Source: Dipteris shenzhenensis (taxonomy: Eukaryota). Taken from it: DNA of 64,000 nucleotides. A program made the translations under genes and the position numbers. Positions 53,290-64,000 of the stretch are shown one piece after another (the stretch's first letter is position 1; every line of letters starts with the position of its first letter). The notes beneath the pieces were generated by a model that worked only from the letters and a program-made list of their open reading frames with translations, did not search any database and had not been told where the DNA came from. Location: assembly GCA_047967505.1 (NCBI GenBank), contig CM106538.1. One strand, given 5' to 3'.

Positions 53290-54725
53290 CTAATCTATGT
53301 TCTCCAGGTCCTCGCTCCCTTCCACGCTCCCTTCTGTGCTCCCTTCTGCACCTCCTTCCTCCTCTTCCTCATCGTCTTGTGCACGGGCCTGTAAACAAGG
53401 GACAACATATATCAATGTATGAAAAATCAAATCTTTACTTATAGTTTTGGCATTATTTAATTACTTTCAAATACCTGGGGGGTTGCTCCAGTAGCTCGGG
53501 TATACTGCTCCTCAGTAATCAACCCGTCATCATAGAAGTGCCTCCATGTATCTCCTCTGCGATGGTGGCGATGGTAGGTTGTCTCCACTGGAGTAGGGTA
53601 TCTGCCCACGATCTCAAGCTGCATGACCACGACACACTTTGCGGAGGGATTAGTACAAAGAAACAACCAACCTCCTAATAAACTACATAAGCAATATAAT
53701 TTGAGATCGATACTTACAAATTGGGCCTCCCATGATTCAACACCCCCTGCTCCAAAATGCGCGCTTCCATATTCCTCCATCTGGATCCTCCGTGCCTCCA
53801 TGTGCTGCAGACTGGGGTCCTCCCTCGCTGACTTCATTGCCTTCTTCCACTCACGCTTGTGAGCGGTGTGGGGCGGGCCCCTTGGTGGTTGACCTGCCTC
53901 AAGGCTGGCAAGCTCTGCTAGTGCCTGCCTCTTAAGCGAAGATCTTTTATTGCTAAGTATCGTAACAATCTTTGACTTCCCCCATTTATCTGTGAACTGG
54001 CGATTGGGGGGGTTAGGATACCTAGAGCGAACAGTAGCGAGGGTCTCATCAGCCAACCTCTTTGGGTGGTCTTTGTAGTGGATAAAGCAATCTCTGTAAT
54101 TGTTAGCAATTACAGAGCGCATGAAGGCCATGATGTCCTTCCCCCGCGCATCCATCAAGATGCGTCCTGTCTAAGTGATGTCATAATAAATCATACCATC
54201 ACCCAGAGGCACGTCTAAATCATCTGAATCATCATCCTCCCCATCGCCACATGGCCCAAAGCACTGTGCCATGCATCCCCCACCGCTCTCCCTGCTACTA
54301 TGCCTGCTACCCTATCGTGTCAAGCTCGTACGCTGGCCACTCGTAGCTAGGGACTGCACGGGACTACGCTGACCACTGGTAGCTAGAGAACCGAGTCTCG
54401 ACGGCACAGGAGTACGTCGATGGCTCGCCGAGACAGAAGGACCTCCTGATGGCATGGGGGAAGGGGCATAAGACGGGATGGTAGAAGGGACATAAGACGG
54501 CATGGGGGAAGGGGCATAAGACGACTGAGCTGACTCCACTGGGGTGATCTCAGGCGGTGTGGGGTGGCTTGGAGTCTGTACTATCGACTCCTGGGGAGTG
54601 TCTAGAGTACCCGTCATATACCCATATAACTCCACAGGACTAGGAGGGTGCCCTAAAAGGTTATATAAGTCCTTCCAAATAGATTCCCGAGGATCAGGTG
54701 AGCTAGAAGCGCTTCCTGGCCACAT
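53290..54725 (-). pseudogene. Accessory (TnpA/ORF2-like) gene of the CACAA element; exons ~54725-53718, 53618-53475, 53388-53290
   Basis: S/P-rich N-terminus, RYPNPPN, HFGAGG, GT-AG introns, acidic tail DDEEEEEG...NID*; internal stops near 54312 and 54171. Confidence 0.7.
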
Positions 54726-55604
54726 GTTGAACTGGAAAAAAGGAAAAAAATCTATTACTGATGAGTTGAGAAGAAAGGGGAAGAAAAGAGAGGCTTACTA
54801 TCAGAGCGCATCTATAGACGCGTCTGATTTGCACATCTATAGATGCGTCTAACAGAGCATCTAACAACTCGTCTAACAGAGCATCTAATAGAGCGTCTAA
54901 CAAAGCATCTATAGACGTGTCTGTCTATGTCTGCAACAAGCCAGACGCATGGTTAGACACGCCTGTAAATGCGCTTTTAGATGCTCTCTGAGACGCGCCT
55001 ATAGACACGCTCCGACAAACGGGATTTCTAAAAAGTAGAAAAGGACATTGCACCCGACACAAAAACGTGACACTGATACCCAGATCATGCGCTTCTTGGA
55101 TACGAGAAAGTACAAATCTGGAGAGAGCAAACTTCCAAACAAGATCAACTGCAAAAAGACTTACTTGGATAGAGGTATGGAAGGTTCTTCTTTCTTTTTC
55201 AAAGTTGCTTCTCCTCCTTATTCGTCCTCCTCTCCTTTAAGCTTAGAAGTAAGTGTGGGTGCCTTTCTCTTGAGTGTAAGCTTGGAAGTAAGTATGGGAG
55301 CCTCCCTCTTAAGCGTCGAAACTATGGATCTGCTTATAAAGAAGGAAGCAAGCCGCGCGAAGTATAAGTAATGTGAAGAAAAGCAAAGCGAGCGGCACGT
55401 CGAAAAGCAGGTTTAAAAGCCGCATCTATAGTCGCATCTAATAGCGTGTCTATAGGCGCATCTAAATACACAGAGTAGATGCGCGTTTAGACGTGCCGTT
55501 AAACGCGATTTTAGACACGACTATAAACGTGGCTATAAACGTGCCACAGAGTTTAAATTAAACATTTGAAGAAGAGCAAATTTGGTGGGTTGTTTGTTTG
55601 TAGG

Positions 55605-58600
55605 ATGTCTTCATGTTCAACAAGTAGCTCCAGTGAGGATGAATCCCTCCGTATCCACCATCGCGAAATGTGGTTGGACCAAAAAAACAAATGTCTGTGT
55701 GATCAATGTCGAGGAAACATGTATCATGCACGCAGGATTACACTCAATCATATCTCAAAGTATGGAGAATGGGATGTGACCGTAAACAGGGTAAGGGTTT
55801 GTAAGTTAAGGTTGATTGAGATACCTATGGGTGTTCATATGTTTGAGTTATGATCCCGTATTAATTTGATACAGGATGCAGTGCCACACCCGCATATGTT
55901 ACCCTATGCCCATCGTGAGGAGGCGAAGCGTCAGCGATATGAGGTGGGATCTTTAGGAGGGACCGTTACGGATGCATGGAGTGATGGTGATAGTAGCCCT
56001 CTACCATTACCTCATGAAGCCATGGAGGAGGAGGTGTTTAATGATATGGTGCGGGATTTATATGTCCATCAAGGGAGGGATAATAGCATGGAGCAGGATG
56101 ATCTTTTTACTACAGCATCGACTCCACTATTTGAGGGGTGCACATTCTTTGTTCTACGTGCCTCCCTTGAGTTACTAAACTTGCAAACCATCTATGGATG
56201 GAGCAATGCAAGTTTGAATGCATTACTCAAGTAAGCTTTAAAGTCGATTTTGCAAACATGGTGAATTGTGCTAGTGGGTCAATTACTCGAATGCTTTTCC
56301 TCATTTATGGTCTTCACGTGCAGGCTATTGTGTAAAATGCTTCCAAGGGAGAATAAACTACCGACCTCAAGAGATATGACAAGGCAACATGTGACCTCTC
56401 TTGGAGGATTAGATTACAAGCGCATCCATGCATGTGTCAACGATTGCGTTTTGTTTCGTGGACTACATAAGGATGCAAGAGACTGTCCTACTTGTGGAGA
56501 GGCAAGATATAGAGCAGATCTCAAAACCTTGGACGTGCCTCATAAGGTATTGCGACATTTTCCCATAATCCCTCGCATCCAACATATGTTCAAGTGCAAA
56601 TCTATTGCAGAGCTCATGTCATGGCATTCCTCCCATCGATCAACTGATGGCAAGTGGAGAACTCCTGTGGACTCTCCTGCGTGGAAGCATATTGAAGACA
56701 CATGGCCAATCTTCAAGGAAGAACCTAGGAGCTTGAGACTTGGATTGGGTATGGACGGTGTGAACCCATTTGGTCTCAAAAGCACGTCTTATAGTGTATG
56801 GCCAGTGGTATTGGTGAATTACAATCTTCCACCCTCTATGGCTATTAAGAAAGGGCATGTCATGCTGTCCCTTCTAATTCCAGGGAAACATAAAGTCAAA
56901 AACCTTGATGTTTATTTGGAGCCTTTGATTGATGAGCTAGAGATACTTTGGAGAGGTATCGAGGTGCATGATGTGAGCAGGCCTCCCTCGTCATGAGACT
57001 TCAACTGCAAAGCAGTCTTGATGTGGACGATGCATGACTTCCCAGGCTATGGCGAGTGTTCAGGTAAGCATTGCATTTTTAATTAAGAATAGGCAAAGGA
57101 TGTGGCACCCTAAACCCACCTTCCACTCTTAATTGCATCTATTATTCAGGTCTCACTACATCGGGTTACCATGCATGTCCTGTTTGTGGTCCTTCGCTAG
57201 TTGCCTCATGAGCAGACGCATTGAATAAGGTCATCTATGAGAATCACCATCGATTTCTCCCACCTGATCATCCTAGATATGTTGCCCCTTGGAATGAAGT
57301 CCTCCCACAATCACTCACCGCGGGAGATTGGATGAGAATTTGGGATGGTTCCACGACTCCTCCACCACTTGGCATGAGCCGGTAAGGGTTTGTAACTATT
57401 GGCTGGAAGTAAAGATTGGCTATATTGGCTAAAAGTAAAGATTGCACACTAACACTTTATTTTGTTTAGATACTCCATCTTTTATCGTTTACCATATTGG
57501 TCCCACCTCAATATCAATCACCTGCTTGATCCCATGCATATCTTCAAGAATGTGGCATCTACCATTTGGGAGCATTTGAATGGGACACGAGATTCGGCAG
57601 GCATAAGGGAGGATCTACGTACCATAGGGAGGATGCGTGAAGCTTGGCCTCAAGAGAGACCAAATGGGCGTGTTTTTTTACCTCGTGTACCGTGGATGTT
57701 ATCAAAGCTAGAGATGGCGATGGTGAAGCACGCTATTACTACAATTTGTACTCCCACTGGATGCATGAGGTGTTTGAAGGGAGCCTTTATAAAGACCAAG
57801 AAAAGAGGTGTAGAGCAATTATATGGCTTGAAATCTCATGATTGGCACAAGATGCTCCAAGTAAGTATTTTATGTGCATAATATCTTTTTCCTTTCAAAT
57901 TTGTGAGTGAATAGCTATAAGCAACTAATCAACCACCTCCTCGCGGGTGCAGTTCATACTACCTACTAGCATTTCACGTAGTGCATCAAAGGACGTGAAA
58001 GATTGTATTTACAAGATGGGCGAGCTTGTGAGGTATGTGAGCTCAAAGGAAATAGATCCCACCATGCTTGAGAATGCTCGAGTTATGTCAGTGGAGGTGG
58101 TTTGTTTAGTGGAGGAGACATTTCCACGTTCTACTCTCACAAGCCAACTACATCTCATAGTGCATTTGGTGGATGAGATTGCTATATGCGGTATTATACA
58201 TGCACGATGGTTGTTCTTCCTCGAGCGCTTCATGAAGACCTTGAAGGGCTTCGTGAGACAAAATGCAAGACCTGAAGGTATCATGGCCGAGGGTTGGTTG
58301 GTACAAGAGTCACTTGTATATATTTCTGAGTTTCTTGTTGATGTGGATAGCTCTCTCCCACAACTATGGAGAGATGATGAAGACCTAAGGATGACCTCTA
58401 TTGTGCCTCAAGGGAAAGGACGAAACAAAGTAATAGGCACGGAGTTGCATAATAGTATCAACCTCTTTTGCGTGCTTAATAGTGATGTGATGAAAAGATA
58501 GGTGACAAGATACGAGGATGCAAAGGCAAGAAGACAAGAAGAAAGGGCCCTCTTTCATACACACCACGGATCTTGTGTCCATACCCTCAGCATCTAAGAG

Positions 58601-59592
58601 CACTTCCAAAGGATATTCATGTGGATTGGCTACTTGATGAAATGGAGAAAGCAGAGAAAGACGAGGGGATGCATATCACAATGGAAGAATGGGAGTATGC
58701 TAGGGGATGCATGAGCAAGGTCGGTATATAGAATGTTATGCATAAGTTAGGAGCTTTCAATAATTTAGATTGCTTATTTAGTTGATTTTTTCTTGGTATA
58801 GTGCACTATGTTCAATGCTATATGGTGTGAAAGCAAGCATTTTCGAACACAACGGATTGATGATAAGAGAAACACACAAGATTGCGGCGTCATTGCTAGC
58901 TTTGAGGGAGCCAATGGAGCCATGGATGATTATTGTGGCATAATCCAAGATATTATTATGCTTGACTTTTGACGCTTCTTTGTGTATGTTTTGGATGTAA
59001 AGTGGTTTAAGGACGTGGTGGAAAGAGGCCCTAATGCAACAATCAAACGCCATGCAAGTGGATTTGTAACTATTGACTCCACAAAGTTTTGGCAAAGTAG
59101 GAAGGACACACTAGTACTACTGCAACAATGTGAACAAGTACTGTGCACACATATAAAAATACTCGCTTTTAAATATTTGATGCAAGAAAAGTAACATGAT
59201 TGTATTTGTGTTTGAATTAGGTTGTCTATCAACCAATGGTGGATAATAATAGATGGTGGCATGTCATACCTATTATGCCACGTTCCAAAGTGATGTATAG
59301 TACATTTACTAATATGGAGCGTATGGAGGATGATCATGGCCATGGACGTGATGATGACCGTGATACAAGAGAGGAGGATGATCATGAGATAGGAGATACA
59401 AATATTGAGGCCATTACCCGTGAGGACGAGCCTACCATTCGAGATGCTGATTTCGATGAGCACATGAGTGGCACAAGTAGTGGTGGGTTGAATGTATTTG
59501 TAGATCTAAGCACTTGTTTGGATTTTGAAGTAGATAGTTTGGCAAGGGTTGATCTCATTGAGGATGAGATTGAACCGTACCCCCATAATTGA
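55605..59592 (+). pseudogene. EnSpm transposase (TnpD/Tnp2-like), full-length multi-exon, several nonsense mutations
   Basis: N-terminal CLCDQC...HI domain; IHACVNDCVLF, LGLGMDGVNPF, WTMHDFPGYG, HLLDPMHIFKNV, GLKSHDWH, RWLFFLERFMKTLK, YCGII; introns e.g. 55791-55875, 56231-56323, 57382-57469, 57861-57952; stops at 56994, 57208, 58499. Confidence 0.93.
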
Positions 59593-61175
59593 TATTGGCA
59601 AAACTATTTTACATATTGTCTCATTCTCCTCATCTCACTTAATTCTTGTATATGTGGGCTTGCAAAAAATTATGTGCTTTGGTAATCATGGGCAATGTTT
59701 GGAAAGCAATGATGTACACCAAAATCTCACTTTCTATATTCTCTGGTTTGCATCTATTTACGCATCTAAATGCGCATCTGATTCTCAGTGTAAACGTGTA
59801 AATAAATGCGCTAATACACGCGCAAATAGATGCGCTAATAAACGAGATGTTAGACGGGCCCGTATTTTCTCAGGTTAGACGCGCATGTAGATGCGATAAT
59901 TTATGCGCAAATAGACGAGCTTTTAGACGTGCATTTAGACACGCCCGTAATTCCTCTACTAAAGCAATGCCTATAGATGCGCCCGCTATTTTGCACATCT
60001 ACCAAGCGCGTCTATAGTTGCTTTGTGTTGTTGTGATAGAAGCTACCGCCTTTTATTGATTTTCCAACAAGTTGAGAACCTTTGTATTGGTCTTTGATCA
60101 TGCATTCACTAGAAAATGATGTTACTAATAGTCAATCGGTCTTAAACCACTCAAGTGAGCTTCTTAAGTGAATGCCAACATGATTATGCCTATCTTGAGG
60201 GAAGGTATTGAGGACTATAATCCTAGCATGTCATGAAAATAAATGTATATAATATATACAATAAAGATGAAAACTTTTAACAAGCTAGTCATTTTAGTTT
60301 GACATTATCAACAAAACATAATATAATTTTGTATGTTTTCTTCAAAAAGATGTGAATCTTGGCAATGCTTTAAACTTTTTAGCAAAATAGTATTTACATG
60401 GATAAAAAATTAACTAAATCAAACTTAATCCCATGGATCTTTGGCTTTAAAATTGATATTTGGCCATTGTGGCTTATATTTCATGTGTTATTTTTTAAAC
60501 AACCATCTTATGAACACTTTGAGGTATTGAAACGATGCCCCTTATATTCTCTTCCTCCCTAATTAAGTCACTTTTGGGCATAAAATAGATGGTGATCAGT
60601 GATCAACTTAATCAATATATGTAGCAAATCATTTCATAAAGAAGTAAGCATATATGGCATGGATATTTGACAATGGATCAATGTGACACTTCTTGACTTT
60701 ATATAGACATTTTTTAAAAATTGGAATGTGTGCAAGTTCCTTAGGAAGCTTTGATGGAGAATATAGCATGATTATAGTTAGCCATGTAGGTTACAAAATG
60801 TACAGATTGCAATGTTCCTTATAGTACAAATGCTTTATATCCAAATATTCCTTGCATATTTGTCATGGTCATCAAGGACCATACTGTTTAGGTAAGAGTT
60901 CACATCAACCTTTCTAGATACTCTATATAGTCTTAGTTTTTTCAAGCCCCTTTGAACACTATCCCTATTATATCTTCAAATGCAATGCATATCCAAAGTG
61001 GATATTAACTTTTTAATACACTCTTAGTCCATACTTATTCGTGCAATACACTTTTTGGAAGGGATTTGCATGCACATTATCCACTGCCTTAAAAGAATAC
61101 ATAATCTTCCTACATCAATGGGGTACATGTAAGGTTTAACATTTCATGTAGTCTTTCATTAGGTAAATATGACTA

Positions 61176-62003
61176 TTTAATGGTGAAATAAGAGAGAAAG
61201 CACCTATGAAAATCCATCTTAGTATGATGTTTATCACAAGACTTAGTGGCACCTCCCAACCCTTTGCACGCGCACCCTCTCCCATGAACACGTGCACCCC
61301 CCATTCCCCCTTGCATGTGCATGCACACCTGTATGCCCCCCTTCTTGCGCATGCGGACACACCACACCTCCCCTTGCCCTTGCGTGCATGGGCACAACCC
61401 ACCCCCCAACCTTGCACCCCCCCCCCCTTCCCTCATCCCCCTTGTGCGGATGCGCAACCCCCCCCCTCATCCCACCTTGTGCGCCTGTGCAAACCCCCCC
61501 CATCCAACTTCTGTGCTTGCGCACCCCCCCTCACCCCCGCTTATGCACGTGCACAAACCCCCCCTCATCTCACCTTATGTGCATGTGCACCCCCTTGTGC
61601 ACGTGCACAACCCCCCCCTTCCCTCATCCTTGTTGTGCGCATGTGCCCCCCTTGCCCCCAACACCCCCCCTTGTGTGTGCACAACCACCCCCCTTCCCTC
61701 AACCCCCTTGTGCATATGTGCCCCCCGGCCCCCAACACCCCCCCTTGTGCGCATGCGCACCCCCCCTCCTCATCCCCCCTTGTGCCCATGCGCACCCCCC
61801 CGCCCCCCTTCCCTCATCCCTCTTGTGTACATGCCCCCCCCCCCCAACAACCGCCCTTGTGTGAATGTGCACCCCCCCACCCCCCCTTGCGCGCACCCTC
61901 CCCGTGCATGCATCCCCTCCCCTCATCCCCCTTTTTAATGGTGAAATAAGAGAGAAAGGATCTATAAAATCTATCTTGGTATGATGTTTATCACAAGACT
62001 TAG
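61176..62003. repeat. C-rich minisatellite (~61250-61930) bracketed by ~70-bp direct repeats
   Basis: tttaatggtgaaataagagagaaag...atcacaagacttag at 61176-61246 and ~61934-62003; interior of ccccttgtgc/gcaccccc units. Confidence 0.85.
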
Positions 62004-62388
62004 CTGCACAAGTTTCTTATATGAAACAAGATGAAAATATCAAATTAAATAATGTAGACTAATGCATTAATGCAAACTACAATGGTCTCTTTATGTAATT
62101 GAGCATTCTACATTCTTATTTTCTTTGTACAATCTTGATGTGGAGATGGATACATTAAGTACTAGTATGATATTAGAGGTTGGTCAATCCCCAGAAAGAA
62201 CCAAGATACAAAAAAGTTATTAAAAATACATTTAAAAGTCCCCTCTTTACTCTATTTTAAGCATCTTTCTTTAAAGTTGCGTTTTAAAAAATCCCCTTTG
62301 CTAAATGAACGTACTATATTTATGGATTATTTTTAATGGATCCCATTTTTACTACACCTTTGGAGGAAGCTTTCCTCCTAGACATCTT

Positions 62389-63722
62389 GATGAGGGGATG
62401 CATATCACAATGGAAGAATGGGATTATGCTAGAGGATGCATTCAAAAGGTCGGTCTATAGAATGTTATGCATAAGTTAGGAGCTTTCAACAATTTAAATT
62501 GCTTATTCAATTGATTTTGTCTTGGTGTAGTGTACTATGTTCAATGCTATATGGTGTGAGGGCAAGCATTTTCAAACACAACGGATTGATGATAAGAGAA
62601 ACACACAAGATTATGGCATCATTGCTAGCTTTGAGGGAGCCAATGGAACCATGGATGATTATTGTGGCATAATCCGAGATATTACTAAGCTTGACTTTTA
62701 GTGCTTCTTTGTGTATGTTTTGGAAGTCAAGTGGTTTAAGGACATGGTGGAAAGAGGCTCTAATGCAACAATCAAATGCCATGCAAGTGGCTTTGTAACT
62801 ATTGACTCCACAAAGTTTTGGCAAAGCAAGAAGGACACACTAGTACCACCGCAACAATGTGAACATGTACTGTACATATATATAAAAATACTCACTTTTT
62901 TATATTTGATACTTTCGATGCAAGGAAAATAACATGTTTGTATTTGTGTTTGAACTAGGTTGTCTATCAACCAATGGTGGATAATAATAGGTGGTGGCAT
63001 GTCATACCTATTTCACCACGTTCCAAAGTGATGTATAGTACATTTACTAATATGGAGCGGAGGATGATCATTGCCATGGAGGTGATGATGATCGTTATAG
63101 GAGAGAGGAGGATGATCATGAGATAGAAGATACAGATATTCAGGCCATTACCCATGAGATGAGCACAGTAGCACAAGTAGGAGTCGGCTGAATGTATTCA
63201 TAGATCTCCACATTTGTTTGGATATTGATGTAGATAGTTTGGCAAGGGTTAATCTCATTGAGGATGAGATCGAATTGTAGCCCATCATTTTCATCCAAAT
63301 TTCTTATGTATTAGCAAAACTATTTTATATATTGTCTCATTCTCCTCATCTCACTTAATTTTTATATATGTGTGTTTGGCAAAAAGCATATTATCGAGTG
63401 TGACACGTGCATAGCATTGATATTTTTTAAAAATTATGTGCTTTGGTAATCATGGGCAATGCTTGGAAAGCAGTGATGCACATTTATCAGCTTTTGCTGC
63501 AAAATTTCAAACTTTGCTGTGCGTTTATAAACGCGTCTAAATATGCATCTAATATACAATGTAGATGCACTATGAGATGCATTAATAACCACACTAATAG
63601 ATGCGTTAATAACTGTGCTAATAGACATGCCCATATTTTCATTAGTTCTATCTGTGCCTATAGACACGTCTGCTATTTTGCATATCTATCACGTGCATCT
63701 ATAGCTGCTTTGTCTTGCTGTG
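62389..63722 (+). mobile_element. 5'-truncated second copy of the CACAA family (transposase 3' end and right TIR reading CACAG)
   Basis: Colinear with 58660-60035; the terminus reverse complement is CACAGCAAGACAAAGCAGCTATAGA, ending at 63722. Confidence 0.9.
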
Positions 63723-64000
63723 TAAAGTAGCTTTCTAGTATTGTATTCGCACTTCAAATTTTGATTCCATGTATAGTTCCATGTAGACCCATTATTATAA
63801 AGTTTAGTTCTTTCATTTTTGGTAAGATGTCATCTTGACCATTGTTGAGGAATGGCTTTCAAAGAAGTAAGAAAGTAGCTTGCTGATACCTTGGCCCATA
63901 CAATTACATGCCTATATAAGTTCATTGTTGTTAACTGAACATGGAGTAGCATGCCTCTTGTGTTTCTCATAGCACTAACATGAATCTTCACCAATATATA

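Larger units (their letters stand above)
52710..60035 (+). mobile_element. Complete EnSpm/CACTA-superfamily DNA transposon (7326 bp) with CACAA termini
   Basis: Left end CACAACAAGACAAAGCACCCATAGAC; right end reverse complement CACAACAACACAAAGCAACTATAGAC; ATA on both flanks; TAGACGCG/GCGTCTA subterminal repeats; transposase plus accessory gene inside. Confidence 0.93.

Overview
Repeat-saturated land-plant heterochromatin (AT-rich and CpG-depleted; a fern-like origin is only a guess from TE protein style). No intact host gene, RNA gene or CRISPR array is supported. The window is a nest of decayed Ty1/copia and Ty3/gypsy retrotransposons, solo LTRs, a 93-bp hairpin-bearing satellite (~2.2-7.0 kb) and four pieces of CACTA/EnSpm-type DNA transposons. 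Main observations: (1) a complete 7.3-kb EnSpm-type element (52710-60035) with CACAA termini instead of CACTA, a perfect ATA target-site duplication (TSD), and a partial sister copy ending in CACAG; (2) both CACTA-type families carry a homologous spliced accessory (TnpA-like) gene head-to-head with the transposase; (3) a ~9.6-kb inversion (~15936-25530), reconstructable to within a few bases, splits a CACTA element and the gypsy element it sits in, with one breakpoint inside a highly palindromic hexamer-built array; (4) a gypsy element whose RNase H lacks all four catalytic acidic residues and has no second RNase H. All family assignments come from motif recognition by eye, not database searches.
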